Source of the DNA: Patescibacteria group bacterium
GTDB taxonomy: Bacteria; Patescibacteriota; Patescibacteriia; UBA9934
Length of the DNA stretch: 64,000 nucleotides
Assembly: GCA_038064675.1 (NCBI GenBank)
Contig: JBBTSM010000002.1
Span: 70,507 to 134,506 of the forward strand
Reading direction: 5' to 3'
In this document: piece after piece, positions 8,240 through 18,532 of the stretch
Position numbering within the stretch: position 1 is the stretch's first letter
Layout of the letters: each line of letters opens with the position of its first letter
Program-made: the position numbers and the translations under genes
The notes under the pieces: model-generated
The model's database searches: none
The model's input: only the letters and a program-made list of their open reading frames with translations
Told to the model about the DNA's origin: nothing

Positions 8240-10633
8240 ATGCAGAACATCACCCTTTCACCGTCGTGGATTGTTTTTCTTGCGTGCATTGGCATTGGCG
8301 CCGGAATCTCTTTCGCGTCGTGGTTATCGATCGTACCGATCGTGACCGTTGCAACCGCATCATTTGGAATATTGTTTTGGGTAACGCGCTCGATTCCCAA
8401 AAGGGATCGGGCGCTTCTGGTTAGCGTGTTCGCGATCGGCGTTCTTCTCGGCGCCGGGCGATATTGGAGCGTGGGGCCTGGAGTGAATTCAATCGCGAAC
8501 GATGTTGGTCACCACGCAGTCGTCGAAGGATTGATTGTTGGATCCGATCTTGGCGATGACGGCGTAACATATACACTTACCGATCTTGTCGTCGACGATT
8601 CGCATCGTGATGATCGACTTCTCGTTCGTGCACCAATCTCAGCGGTTATAATCATTGGTGATCGCATTAATACATCATGCGTCATTGAATCTCCGCAACC
8701 GTTCGACGGTTTTGCGTACGATCGGTTTCTTGCGGCGAAGTCGGTGTACGCAATCTGCTCACCATCTGCTGCTCCGTTTATCATCGATGATGATCGTGTG
8801 AATACGGTTCGTGTTCAATGGTGGAAAATGATCGGTGCGATTCATGAGTTTGTTGATCATCGTGTGCGGTCGATCCTGCCGGAACCGCAGGCCACGTTGC
8901 TCCTCGGCTTGTTGATGGGGGAGAATTCGTTTTCAGAAACGTGGAAAATAATGTTTCGCGAAACGGGAACGAGTCATATTGTTGCGGCGAGTGGATATAA
9001 CGTGGCTGTTGTTGCTGATCTTGCACTGATTCTTCTGGTCACACTCGGACTGTATCGACGACAAGCGTATCCGATCGCTATCCTCATGATTGGCGGATTC
9101 GTCATTATCGCCGGCGCTGGCGCCGCAGTGATTCGTGCTGGAGTGATGGGCGTTCTTGCACTGACATCGCGACATATCGGTCGCCACACGTCGCCGCGAA
9201 ATATTATCGCACTTACGATCGCCGCCATGCTTCTCGTCGAACCGCGATTACTGCGTGACGATGTCGGGTTCCAATTGTCGATTGCTGCCACAATCGGTCT
9301 CATCGTACTCACCGACCGTATCGCTCCGATACTGAAACGGGTTCCGACCTCGTTTGGCGTTCGCGAATCACTCGCATCAACTCTTGCGGCAACCATTTCG
9401 ACCCTGCCGATCACGCTCGTCTCATTCGGCTCGCTTTCGGTCGTCGCTCCGTTCGTAAACATGCTCGTGTTACCGTTCATTCCGTTCGCGATGGCATTCG
9501 GTGCAGGATCGATTCTGGTTTCATCGATCGTGCCGCAAATCGGAGTTTGGATTGCGCTTCCTGCATGGACCGCTTTAGCTTCGATGACTGGCATTATCGG
9601 AGCTTTTGCTCGAATTCCATTCGCCTCGGTGCCGATCCCACCCTCGATCGCAGTGATCATTTCGATGATCGGACTCGCAACCGTGGCATCGATAATCCGC
9701 AAGCTTCATCCGGCATTTGAGCGCGATCTTGATTCCTGGCACTGGGAGCACATTCGATTCATGATTGGTGCTTTTGTTCTACTCTTCATTATCAATATCG
9801 GCATCATTGGAATCCGCGGCGAGCGATGGAATACGAAAGGTGTTCACGTGTGGGTGTTTGATGTTGGACAAGGTGATGGAATCTATCTCGACGGTGCAGA
9901 TCGCGACATCGTTATCGACGGCGGACCAACGCGATTTGGCATGCTCGAAAAATTGGCGACAGTACGTTTTCCGTGGGAGCGACATTTGGACGTGGTTATT
10001 GCAACTCATCCCCACGCTGACCACATTATTGGTCTTATAGGACTTATCGGTTCCTATTCCGTCGACGAAATCCTTAATAACGGCATGACGTACTCGGCTC
10101 CATCGGCTGAGGCCTTCACCGACATCTCTCCCCCTTACGAAGGCGCTCGACGAGCCGAAGCGGGCGAGGAGAGTGTAGTCGGAGGGGGTCGAGAAATTGC
10201 GCATCAAGGCATCTCGTGGTCGCTCGGTCCGGATTCGATCTTACAAATTCTCTGGCCTCCCGATGCCACCACTGACATCGTTGCCGACAACGTTCACGCT
10301 CGTTCAATCGTTGCGCTTCTCACGGTCGGCGAGAAGAAGATGTTGTTCACCGGCGATGCAGAGGCCGAGATTGAAGCGCAACTCGGCAACATCGGTCACG
10401 TTGACATCCTCAAAGTTGGCCACCACGGAAGTGATACATCGTCTGGCCTCGATTTTCTGGAAATATTAAAGCCGGAATACGCGATTATCTCCGTTGGCGC
10501 CGATAATCATTACGGACATCCAACTCCTTTTACGATCGGACGATTGGAATCAGTTGGGGGTCAGATATTCCGGACTGATCTGGTTGGTGATATTTTGATC
10601 GATATCAACCCTAAAAATATTATCGTTTATTAA
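8240..10633 (+). CDS. comEC: Competence protein ComEC/Rec2 (DUF4131 + Competence + MBL domain)
   Basis: TGTSHIVAASGYN, RAGVMG, DVGFQLS, FDVGQGD, THPHADHI, LFTGDA, KVGHHGS, YGHP. Confidence 0.96.
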   Translation: MQNITLSPSWIVFLACIGIGAGISFASWLSIVPIVTVATASFGILFWVTRSIPKRDRALLVSVFAIGVLLGAGRYWSVGPGVNSIANDVGHHAVVEGLIVGSDLGDDGVTYTLTDLVVDDSHRDDRLLVRAPISAVIIIGDRINTSCVIESPQPFDGFAYDRFLAAKSVYAICSPSAAPFIIDDDRVNTVRVQWWKMIGAIHEFVDHRVRSILPEPQATLLLGLLMGENSFSETWKIMFRETGTSHIVAASGYNVAVVADLALILLVTLGLYRRQAYPIAILMIGGFVIIAGAGAAVIRAGVMGVLALTSRHIGRHTSPRNIIALTIAAMLLVEPRLLRDDVGFQLSIAATIGLIVLTDRIAPILKRVPTSFGVRESLASTLAATISTLPITLVSFGSLSVVAPFVNMLVLPFIPFAMAFGAGSILVSSIVPQIGVWIALPAWTALASMTGIIGAFARIPFASVPIPPSIAVIISMIGLATVASIIRKLHPAFERDLDSWHWEHIRFMIGAFVLLFIINIGIIGIRGERWNTKGVHVWVFDVGQGDGIYLDGADRDIVIDGGPTRFGMLEKLATVRFPWERHLDVVIATHPHADHIIGLIGLIGSYSVDEILNNGMTYSAPSAEAFTDISPPYEGARRAEAGEESVVGGGREIAHQGISWSLGPDSILQILWPPDATTDIVADNVHARSIVALLTVGEKKMLFTGDAEAEIEAQLGNIGHVDILKVGHHGSDTSSGLDFLEILKPEYAIISVGADNHYGHPTPFTIGRLESVGGQIFRTDLVGDILIDINPKNIIVY
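10125..10190. repeat. Palindromic element (apparently with a nested second insert) in frame in comEC
   Basis: TCTCTCCCCCTTACGAAGG...AGTCGGAGGGGG, related to 1097-1132; encodes SPPYEGARRAEAGEESVVGGG. Confidence 0.55.
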
Positions 10634-10645
10634 GCTTTCGGAGCC

Positions 10646-10693
10646 TCGCCCAACTTGCCCAAGGCGTAATCGCCGATCGCCCAACTTGCCCAT
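10646..10693. repeat. TCGCYCAA-unit repeat family, copy 1
   Basis: Closely similar to reverse complement of 48678-48725. Confidence 0.7.
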
Positions 10694-10739
10694 TCTCACC
10701 GTTTCGACTACACTCTCCGCAAATCTTAGCCCAAATTCT

Positions 10740-11201
10740 ATGGCAGATATTCAGCGAACCTTGGTGCTCATCAAGCCGGACGCATTGCAGCGTGAGTTGG
10801 TTGGCGAAGTTCTTTCGCGTTTTGAGCGTAAGGGCTTGAAAATGGTGGCAATGAAGATGATGCATTTGAATGAGGAAGTGTTGGCCGATCACTACGCTCA
10901 TCAAAAGGAAAAGCCATTTTTCTCATCGTTGGTGAAGTATATGCGCCAAACGCCAGTTGTGGCAGTGGTGTATGAGGGTCTTGGTGTAATTAATGAAGTT
11001 CGCAAAGTGGTTGGCGCTACGAATCCCCGTGATGCTGACGCCGGTACAATCCGCGCTGATCTTTCTATGGACATTGGTTCAAATATGATTCACGCGTCTG
11101 ATTCTGTTGAGGCTTCCGATGTAGAGATTAAGCGCTTCTTTAAAGATGACGAGCTCTTCACTTACGAAAAGCTCACCGACCGTTTCCACTTTGGTGGGTA
11201 A
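10740..11201 (+). CDS. ndk: Nucleoside diphosphate kinase
   Basis: RTLVLIKPDA, GATNP, GTIRAD, NMIHASDS. Confidence 0.97.
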   Translation: MADIQRTLVLIKPDALQRELVGEVLSRFERKGLKMVAMKMMHLNEEVLADHYAHQKEKPFFSSLVKYMRQTPVVAVVYEGLGVINEVRKVVGATNPRDADAGTIRADLSMDIGSNMIHASDSVEASDVEIKRFFKDDELFTYEKLTDRFHFGG

Positions 11202-11214
11202 TTCACACCGAAGA

Positions 11215-11251
11215 ACAAGGCCGCTCCGTCATGGAGCGGTTTTGTGTTTTT
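11215..11251 (+). terminator. Intrinsic terminator after ndk
   Basis: GGCCGCTCC-GTCAT-GGAGCGGTT followed by T-rich tract. Confidence 0.65.
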
Positions 11252-11281
11252 AGTCTTCGATCCGTATACTTTGATCCATCT

Positions 11282-12577
11282 ATGAACATGATGAAAATCG
11301 TCGGTGGGAAGCCCCTGAAAGGATCGGTGAAGATTGCGGGGGCAAAGAATGCGGCATCAAAAATGATTATCGCGACGTTGCTGACGGATGGGGAAGTGAC
11401 GTTGCACAATATTCCATTGCAGAAAGAATCGGAAATCGCCCGCGAACTTGTAACGACGCTTGGAGCAACCACAGAACTCGCCGATCACACGTTGACGATC
11501 CGTGTAGCTGAGATCGGCTCATCGTCCGCGATGTCGTTGTCCCGTAAGAACCGCTTGGCGATTTTGGCGCTCGCTCCGTTGCTCCATCGAACCGGGGAGG
11601 CATTTGTGCCGTCACTTGGGGGGGACAAGATTGGTCCACGTCCGGTGAACTTTCACATCGATCTTCTGGAATCAATGGGCGCGATGATTGAAGTCGATGC
11701 TGAAGGCTATCACGCGAAGGCGCTAAGCGGATTGAGGGGTGCGATTATTGACCTTCCGTATCCATCGGTTGGATCGACGGAAACTGCGCTGTTCGCTGGC
11801 GTGCTCGCAAAGGGGCGAACCGTTATCAAGAACGCCGCAATCGAGCCAGAAATTATCGAGCTCATCATGATGCTTCAGAAGATGGGCGCCATCATCGAGC
11901 TTGGTGCGGGTCGTCATATCGAAATTATCGGTGTAGAGAAATTGCATGGTTGCGAACACACGGTGGTTGCGGATCGCATGGAGGCGGCAAGTTTTGCGAG
12001 CATGGCGTTGGCAACGCGCGGTGAGATTTTCTGTGAAGGCGCGGTGCATCGCGACATGATTACCTTTTTGAACGCCGTTCGTCTCGTGGGTGGCGACTAT
12101 GAGGTTCGCGAGAACGGGATTCTTTTCAAGGGCGCAGCGAAGTACAAAGGAATCCAAATCGAAACCGACACGCATCCTGGTTTCATGACCGACTGGCAGC
12201 AGCCATTTCTCGTCGCAATGACGCAAGCCGAGGGAACGTCTGTGATTCACGAGACGGTGTATGAAGAGCGATTCGGATACACCGATGTACTGAAGGAAAT
12301 GGGCGCAGATGTCACGTTATTCGATACGTGTCTTGGTGAGGTTGTGTGCCGATTTAAGGATCACAACCACAAGCATTCCGCGATCATTAAAGGCCCAACG
12401 CCATTGCACGGTGTCACCACTCAGCTGCTCGACATTCGAGCCGGATTGGCTTGTGTTATCGCGGCGCTGGTCGCGGATGGGGAATCTACGCTCAGCGGAT
12501 TTGAGCATCTCGAGCGTGGATACGAAGACCTCTACGGCAAGTTGAAAGCGGTCGGTGCAAATGTAACCGCATCCTAA
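11282..12577 (+). CDS. murA: UDP-N-acetylglucosamine 1-carboxyvinyltransferase (Asp at active-site Cys position)
   Basis: GAKNAA, GGDKIGPRPVNFH, PSVGSTE, PGFMTDWQ, ETVYEERF, DIRAG, HLERGYE. Confidence 0.97.
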   Translation: MNMMKIVGGKPLKGSVKIAGAKNAASKMIIATLLTDGEVTLHNIPLQKESEIARELVTTLGATTELADHTLTIRVAEIGSSSAMSLSRKNRLAILALAPLLHRTGEAFVPSLGGDKIGPRPVNFHIDLLESMGAMIEVDAEGYHAKALSGLRGAIIDLPYPSVGSTETALFAGVLAKGRTVIKNAAIEPEIIELIMMLQKMGAIIELGAGRHIEIIGVEKLHGCEHTVVADRMEAASFASMALATRGEIFCEGAVHRDMITFLNAVRLVGGDYEVRENGILFKGAAKYKGIQIETDTHPGFMTDWQQPFLVAMTQAEGTSVIHETVYEERFGYTDVLKEMGADVTLFDTCLGEVVCRFKDHNHKHSAIIKGPTPLHGVTTQLLDIRAGLACVIAALVADGESTLSGFEHLERGYEDLYGKLKAVGANVTAS

Positions 12578-12592
12578 GGATTGATTTGTTTT

Positions 12593-13273
12593 ATGTTGCT
12601 CCAACTCTTCTTCTCCATGCCGATGCTCGCGTTCGTCTGGCTGACGGCGCTGATCATTGCCTTAACGGTTCACGAATTTGCTCATGCGATTGTGGGGAAG
12701 TGGCGTGGCGACGACACGGCGGAAAAATTTGGCAGGCTTTCGCTGAGCCCGTTGTCGCACATCGATCCTCTCGGATTCCTCATGCTCGTTACGATTGGTT
12801 TTGGTTGGGCAAAACCCGTGCCATTTGATCCGCGAAATTTGAAATCGCCGTTGAAAGACGGATTGTTGATCGCGCTTGCTGGACCGATTTCGAATTTGAT
12901 CATGGCCACAGTTGCAGCGGCATTGTTTCGAATCTTCCTTGAAACTGGCGTTGTTCGCATGGACACGATGCTCGGTGCGTTCCTTGTTCTGTCGGTTTTA
13001 GTGAACCTTTTACTTTTGGTGTTCAACCTTATTCCGGTGCATCCACTCGATGGATCGAAGCTCGTTGACGTCGTCACGTATCGTACAGGCTATGAATGGA
13101 TTGCACGGTGGTTACAGGTGAACGGTCCGCGTATCATGCTTGTTCTGGTATTGATTGCGCTCATGACATCGTACGACCCGTTTTACTTTATTCAACTTGC
13201 ATCGTATGCCGGATGTGATCAGTTGATTGGATCATCGTGCGGCGGATTGTTGGGGATGTATTTCGGCGGGTAG
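12593..13273 (+). CDS. Site-2 protease family (M50) membrane metalloprotease
   Basis: HEFAH, GWAKPVP, AGPISN, NLIPVHPLDG. Confidence 0.95.
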   Translation: MLLQLFFSMPMLAFVWLTALIIALTVHEFAHAIVGKWRGDDTAEKFGRLSLSPLSHIDPLGFLMLVTIGFGWAKPVPFDPRNLKSPLKDGLLIALAGPISNLIMATVAAALFRIFLETGVVRMDTMLGAFLVLSVLVNLLLLVFNLIPVHPLDGSKLVDVVTYRTGYEWIARWLQVNGPRIMLVLVLIALMTSYDPFYFIQLASYAGCDQLIGSSCGGLLGMYFGG

Positions 13274-13275
13274 GT

Positions 13276-13830
13276 ATGCCGAAGCTTACATTCGTTACCG
13301 GAAATTCGAATAAAGCGTTGGAAGTTGGGATGATTTTGGGGATCGACGACCTCGCGAATTGTGCAATCGATGCTCCGGAAATTCAGTCGTTTTCGCTTGA
13401 GGAGATTGTGAGAGCAAAGGCGGAGTTTGCGCAGAAGGTGTGCGGATCGCCGGTGGTTGTTGAGGACGTGGCGTTGCATTTTGATGCGCTTGGTGGCTTC
13501 CCTGGGCCGTTTGTGAAATTTTGGCAGAATGAAGTTGGCTATGATCGTGCGAATGAAATTCTTGAGCGCCTTGGGAATGATGTGGCGCTGGTTCGTTGTG
13601 GGGTGGGGTATTCGGATGGTGAGCGGTTTTTTTATGTTGAGGGGCAAAGGTCGGGGCGTCTGGTTTGTCCACGAGGGGAATCGATGATGGGTTTTGATCG
13701 GTACTTTTTGCCCGACGGCCAGGAAAAGACGTATGGCGAGATGTCGAAGGATGAAAAGAATGCCATTTCTCATCGGAAATTGGGTTGGGAGGCGATGCAG
13801 GTGAGGCTGAAGGGGGAAGGCGTCCTGTAA
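13276..13830 (+). CDS. rdgB: Non-canonical purine NTP pyrophosphatase (Ham1/RdgB/ITPase)
   Basis: FVTGNSNK, EIQ, VEDVAL, GFPGPFVK, KNAISHR. Confidence 0.92.
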   Translation: MPKLTFVTGNSNKALEVGMILGIDDLANCAIDAPEIQSFSLEEIVRAKAEFAQKVCGSPVVVEDVALHFDALGGFPGPFVKFWQNEVGYDRANEILERLGNDVALVRCGVGYSDGERFFYVEGQRSGRLVCPRGESMMGFDRYFLPDGQEKTYGEMSKDEKNAISHRKLGWEAMQVRLKGEGVL

Positions 13831-13845
13831 ACACAGGGGCTTCCG

Positions 13846-13874
13846 TTGACCCATTTTTTGGCTTGTGGTAGGCT
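13846..13874 (+). promoter_or_regulatory. Sigma70 promoter of str operon
   Basis: TTGACC-17bp-TAGGCT with extended TG. Confidence 0.65.
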
Positions 13875-13921
13875 TTTGCTACTTTTAAACAGGGTGTTCT
13901 CATTGTGAGGACGCACGCATT

Positions 13922-14359
13922 ATGCCAACAATCAATCAACTTCTCCGAAAGGGTCGCACAAAAGCGAAGAACAAGAGTGCTTCGCCTGCGATGCAGTACA
14001 CTTTGGATTCCTTGCACCGCAAGAAAACCATGCTTCGCAAAGGCGCACCATTCAAGCGTGGCGTGTGTGTGAAGGTCACCACCATGACTCCAAAAAAGCC
14101 AAACTCGGCTTTGCGTAAAGTGGCTCGTGTCCGTCTTTCGAACGGTACCGAGGTCACCGCGTACATCCCAGGAGAAGGCCACAACCTTCAGGAGCACTCC
14201 ATCGTCATGATCCGTGGCGGACGTGTGAAGGACTTGCCAGGTGTTCGCTACCACATCATCCGTGGTCGTTACGACGCTGCTGGTGTAGAAGGCCGCAACC
14301 GCAGCCGTTCATTGTACGGAACGAAGCGTCCAAAGAAGGGTGCAGCCAAGAAGAAATAA
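13922..14359 (+). CDS. rpsL: 30S ribosomal protein S12
   Basis: [29 protein letters not shown]. Confidence 0.99.
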   Translation: MPTINQLLRKGRTKAKNKSASPAMQYTLDSLHRKKTMLRKGAPFKRGVCVKVTTMTPKKPNSALRKVARVRLSNGTEVTAYIPGEGHNLQEHSIVMIRGGRVKDLPGVRYHIIRGRYDAAGVEGRNRSRSLYGTKRPKKGAAKKK

Positions 14360-14370
14360 GAGAGACTTGG

Positions 14371-14430
14371 CCATCTGGCCTAGTTCCGAGTCGCGACATT
14401 GGGTCGTGCATCGAAACTAGGCTCAGATGG
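14371..14430. repeat. Long hairpin between rpsL and rpsG; likely an arms-only derivative of the GTAC-core element
   Basis: CCATCTGGCCTAGTTCCGA...TCGAAACTAGGCTCAGATGG; arms resemble those of 43922-44050. Confidence 0.55.
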
Positions 14431-14519
14431 AAAGCCTCAGGGTCGGTCGGATTAATTTATAGATACCGAGTACCACATCCACGTGGGAAGCAAAACGGTG
14501 TCGCCAAAAGAAATATAAT

Positions 14520-14987
14520 ATGCGTGGTAAAGCCGCTCCAAAGCGCAATCTCGCTCCTGATGCAAAATACGGGAGCGTTTTGGTTGCCAAGTTAGTCAAT
14601 TACGTCATGGAAAGTGGAAAGAAGAGTATTGCTCGCGGCATTGTGTACGATGCATTCGACATCATTGCGACTGAAACAAAGGCCGATCCATTGGAAGTCT
14701 TTGATACTGCAATCAAGAACGTCACCCCGGCAGTGGAAGTGAAGAGCAAGCGCGTTGGTGGCGCAAACTACCAGGTGCCAATGCCAGTACGTGGAGATCG
14801 TCGTTATGCTTTGGCATACCGCTGGATTCTCGTTGCGGCACGTGGAAAGAAGGGCCGTCCAATGTGTGAGAAGCTTGCAGAGGAGTTGATTGCAGCATCC
14901 AAGAACGAAGGCGATGCGGTGAAAAAGAAGTTGGATGTTCAGCGTATGGCAGAGGCGAACCGTGCCTTCGCTCACTTGGCCCGATAG
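14520..14987 (+). CDS. rpsG: 30S ribosomal protein S7
   Basis: [31 protein letters not shown]. Confidence 0.99.
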   Translation: MRGKAAPKRNLAPDAKYGSVLVAKLVNYVMESGKKSIARGIVYDAFDIIATETKADPLEVFDTAIKNVTPAVEVKSKRVGGANYQVPMPVRGDRRYALAYRWILVAARGKKGRPMCEKLAEELIAASKNEGDAVKKKLDVQRMAEANRAFAHLAR

Positions 14988-14994
14988 AGGCTTC

Positions 14995-15101
14995 CTCAGT
15001 TGGCCGATTTTGGGCTTGCGCCATCGGAAATTTCCTCAACGTACCGTTAAGTACGTCTCGGAAACTTTCCTCGTCGCGCACCCAAACTCGTCGCAACTGA
15101 G
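14995..15101. repeat. GTAC-core long palindromic element, copy B
   Basis: CTCAACGTAC-CGTTAA-GTACGTCTC core in imperfect inverted repeat; homologous to 47781-47905 and 43922-44050. Confidence 0.85.
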
Positions 15102-15127
15102 AAACCCTCTGTAAATCTTTTTCTTAT

Positions 15128-17215
15128 ATGAACCGTGATTATCCATTGGAACGGGTTCGGAACATCGGAATCATTGCGCACATCGATGCGGGAAAGACCA
15201 CCACAACGGAGCGCGTGTTGTACTACACCGGCAAGAAGCACAAAATTGGTGAAGTGCACGAAGGTGAAGCAACCATGGACTGGATGGAGCAGGAACAGGA
15301 GCGCGGTATTACCATCACGGCTGCTGCAACCACGTGTTTCTGGAAAGATCACCGCATTAACATTATCGACACCCCTGGCCACGTGGACTTCACCGTGGAA
15401 GTGGAGCGTTCGCTTCGCGTGCTCGACGGTGGTGTAACCGTGTTCGACGGTGTTGCTGGCGTGGAGCCGCAGTCCGAGACCGTTTGGCACCAGGCCGATA
15501 AATACCATGTTCCTCGCGTGTGTTTCATTAACAAGCTCGATCGTACGGGTGCCGACTTCTACAAGGACGTTGACTCCATCCGCAAGCGCTTGGCGCCAAA
15601 CGCATACCCAATCCAGCTCCCAATCGGAACTGAAAGCAATTTCGTTGGAATTATTGATCTGCTCTTGCGCAAGGCGTTCATTTATAAGGACGACATGGGC
15701 AAGGTGGTGGACGAAATTGAAATTCCAGACGAATACAAGGAAAAGGCTGAGGAATACCGCAAGAACTTGGTTGAAGCAATCGTCGCAGAAGACGAAGCAT
15801 TACTCGACCGCTTCTTTGCTGGTGAAGAAATTCCTGTTCCAGAATTGAAGGTTGCGTTGCGTAAGGGGGTTGTCTCGCTGAAGATTTTCCCAATTCTTTG
15901 CGGCTCTGCCTTGAAGAACAAGGGCGTTCAGCAGATGCTCGACGCGGTTGTGGACTATTTGCCATCGCCAATCGACGTTCCACCAATTACCGGATTCAAT
16001 CCAGACGATCACGAAGAATTGATTGCCTGCCCGCCAAAGGACGACGCGCCTTTTGCTGCGCTTGCGTTCAAGATTGCTGCAGATCCATTTGTTGGAAAGC
16101 TTGCGTTCTTCCGCGTGTACTCTGGTTCAATCAAGGCTGGAACGTACGTGTTGAACACCGCGACTGGCGACAAGGAGCGCATTTCTCGCATTGTTCGTTT
16201 GCACGCAAACAGCCGTGAAGATGTGGAAGAAGTGTTCGCTGGAGAAATTGCCGCAGCCGTTGGCTTGAAAAATACGTCAACCGGTCACACGCTCTGCGAC
16301 GCAGATCACCCAGTGGTTCTTGAATCCATCACGTTCCCAGAGCCAGTGATTTCTCAGGCGCTTGAGCCAAAGACGAAGGCTGACCAGGAAAAGATGGGTG
16401 TTGCGCTCCAGAAACTCAAGGAAGAAGATCCAACATTTCACGTCCATACGGATGCAGATTCCAATCAGACGATTATCGCTGGTATGGGAGAGCTCCACTT
16501 GGAAATTATGGTGGACCGCATGGAGCGCGAATACGGTGTGGAAGCAAACGTGGGTCGCCCACAGGTTGCATACCGCGAAACGATTCGTTCATCTGCAGAA
16601 GGAGAGGGAAAGTACATCAAGCAGTCTGGTGGACGCGGTCAGTACGGACATTGTTGGTTGCGTGTGGAGCCAAACACCGGCGAGGACGCAAAGAACTTCG
16701 AGTTCTTTGAAGAAACAAAGGGTGGATCCATTCCTCGCGAATACATTCCGGCAATTGAAAAGGGTGCGCGTGAATCCATGGATCGCGGTGCGATTGCAGG
16801 ATTCCCACTCATCAATATCAAGGTCACCGTGTTCGACGGAAGCTACCACGATGTGGACTCCAACGAAGCAGCCTTCAAAATGGCCGGAAGCATGGCATTC
16901 CAGGAAGCCGTCAAGAACGCAAAACCAGTGTTGCTCGAACCAATGATGAAGGTGGAAGCGGTTACGCCAGACGAGTTCATGGGATCCGTCGTCGGTGACT
17001 TGAACGGAAAGCGCGGACAGATCCAGGAAATGGGAGACCGCGGAAACATCAAGTTCGTGAAGGCACTCGTTCCACTCGCAGAAATGTTCGGCTACTCCAC
17101 ATCGCTCCGTTCCATGACTCAGGGTCGCGCAAGCTACTCCATGGAATTCGGCCAATACATGGAAGTGCCAAACAATGTCGCAAAGGCAATTGTCGAAGCG
17201 CGAACCGGGAAATAA
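15128..17215 (+). CDS. fusA: Elongation factor G
   Basis: [34 protein letters not shown]. Confidence 0.99.
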   Translation: MNRDYPLERVRNIGIIAHIDAGKTTTTERVLYYTGKKHKIGEVHEGEATMDWMEQEQERGITITAAATTCFWKDHRINIIDTPGHVDFTVEVERSLRVLDGGVTVFDGVAGVEPQSETVWHQADKYHVPRVCFINKLDRTGADFYKDVDSIRKRLAPNAYPIQLPIGTESNFVGIIDLLLRKAFIYKDDMGKVVDEIEIPDEYKEKAEEYRKNLVEAIVAEDEALLDRFFAGEEIPVPELKVALRKGVVSLKIFPILCGSALKNKGVQQMLDAVVDYLPSPIDVPPITGFNPDDHEELIACPPKDDAPFAALAFKIAADPFVGKLAFFRVYSGSIKAGTYVLNTATGDKERISRIVRLHANSREDVEEVFAGEIAAAVGLKNTSTGHTLCDADHPVVLESITFPEPVISQALEPKTKADQEKMGVALQKLKEEDPTFHVHTDADSNQTIIAGMGELHLEIMVDRMEREYGVEANVGRPQVAYRETIRSSAEGEGKYIKQSGGRGQYGHCWLRVEPNTGEDAKNFEFFEETKGGSIPREYIPAIEKGARESMDRGAIAGFPLINIKVTVFDGSYHDVDSNEAAFKMAGSMAFQEAVKNAKPVLLEPMMKVEAVTPDEFMGSVVGDLNGKRGQIQEMGDRGNIKFVKALVPLAEMFGYSTSLRSMTQGRASYSMEFGQYMEVPNNVAKAIVEARTGK

Positions 17216-17231
17216 ATCATTAAAAAACATT

Positions 17232-17259
17232 ACCGACCTCAGTTATGGGGTCGGTTTTG
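17232..17259 (+). terminator. Intrinsic terminator after fusA
   Basis: ACCGACCTCA-GTTA-TGGGGTCGGT-TTT. Confidence 0.7.
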
Positions 17260-17339
17260 TTATTCCAGCCATTGTTGTTTTGAACAGAGAGGAAGCGCTA
17301 ATCCTAAGCGTTGAAACAAGTGATGTATGAAAAAGCGAG

Positions 17340-17371
17340 CGACCCCAGCTCGCGCGTGGGAGCCGGGGTCG
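17340..17371 (-). terminator. Terminator of orphan 17381-17749; 31/32 identical to 17821-17852
   Basis: CGACCCCGGCTC-CCACGCGC-GAGCTGGGGTCG plus T-tract on minus strand. Confidence 0.7.
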
Positions 17372-17380
17372 GTGTCGTCG

Positions 17381-17749
17381 TCAGTCCTCGTTTTTGATCC
17401 ATGTCGTGCACGATCGCGGTCGGTGAATCGAGTAGGGAAGCTCGATCTTGATGCATGAGCACCGTGAGAGATTCGCCTCTGCCCACGCCCGCACAGCCCC
17501 GAGCAGAGCATCTCGGAAGATTTTGTCTTCGTCCGTCATGTAGGTGAACACATCGTCGCTCATCACGAGAATGTGTTCGCCAATTTCCATGCCGTCGAGA
17601 TCCCTTGGGAAGAAGACGGAGATTGGTTCTTTTTTGTTGCGGGGGGCGGGGCCTTTTTCCAGCGTTACGGCAATGATTGCCCGCTTCAGCTGAAGGACGT
17701 GATCCGGACGATCGGTGGACGGAATTCCGTAGACGAAGAAGTTTGACAA
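17381..17749 (-). CDS. Orphan hypothetical protein (122 aa)
   Basis: GAGGTG SD with TTG start; terminator directly after stop. Confidence 0.6.
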   Translation of the reverse strand: MSNFFVYGIPSTDRPDHVLQLKRAIIAVTLEKGPAPRNKKEPISVFFPRDLDGMEIGEHILVMSDDVFTYMTDEDKIFRDALLGAVRAWAEANLSRCSCIKIELPYSIHRPRSCTTWIKNED

Positions 17750-17820
17750 AAAGCACCTCGATGAAGTTAGCGATTAAAGATTACGGGATTTATTCTTTTG
17801 TGCCAAGAGAAAAAGCAGAA

Positions 17821-17852
17821 CGACCCCAGCTCGCGCGTGGGAGCTGGGGTCG
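17821..17852 (-). terminator. Second copy of the orphan terminator
   Basis: Direct repeat of 17340-17371. Confidence 0.7.
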
Positions 17853-17859
17853 TGTGTCG

Positions 17860-18500
17860 TCTGACGTTGTCAGGTTCCGTGGAGAAGGCGGTCGAGGATG
17901 ATGTTGAAGCGAGTAGGCTCCTTCGGGCGAGAACTTGATCACGGTCGTCAGCCAGCCATCCTCCCGATTCCCGTTGAATTGCCACGTCCCTTCTTCGGGA
18001 TTCTGTTCAGGTGCTTCTTCACTTTCGATTCCTTGTTTCCTCCCGGTCAAGGTGTCGATACGAACCGATCCGATGGGGACGTTTCGCAACCCTCCCTTGA
18101 GAAGATCGGTAGTGATCTCGACGCGGATTTGGCGACCCTGAGGAACGCCGCGACCCATCCTTCGCCTTCGTGTAGTTGGAAGAAATCCGCGGGAGGAACG
18201 ACGACGCCGTTTTCCTGCAGACGTTCGCCGAGCTGCCGAACGACTTCTTCTGCGGCGGCTTTGCTCGTGCAGGACACTGTTGCGAGGGATCTTTCGTTCG
18301 GAAGACTCCAGAACGTCATCGGCGGCGCCTGTGCCCATTCGGTGGGTATCCGCTCTCTCCGTCTTCCTCGGAGAGATGGCGCCGCTGCCGCACGAAGTAC
18401 GTCGAACGATCGGCGTCGTCGGTCGCTTCACAGGTTACCGAGACTTCGATACCGTCAGGGGTTTGAACCCAGCTCGTTTCGTCAACATTTTTCGCTTGCT
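17860..18500 (-). pseudogene. Probable frameshifted remnant of an orphan gene
   Basis: Protein-like segments alternate across three minus frames (VDETSWVQTPDGIEVSV / AAAEEVVRQLGERLQENG / IRVEITTDLLKGG...GTWQFNG) upstream of an orphan-type terminator. Confidence 0.4.
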
Positions 18501-18532
18501 CTTTCTTGGGTGCGTCTTTAAGATGCCTTTAT

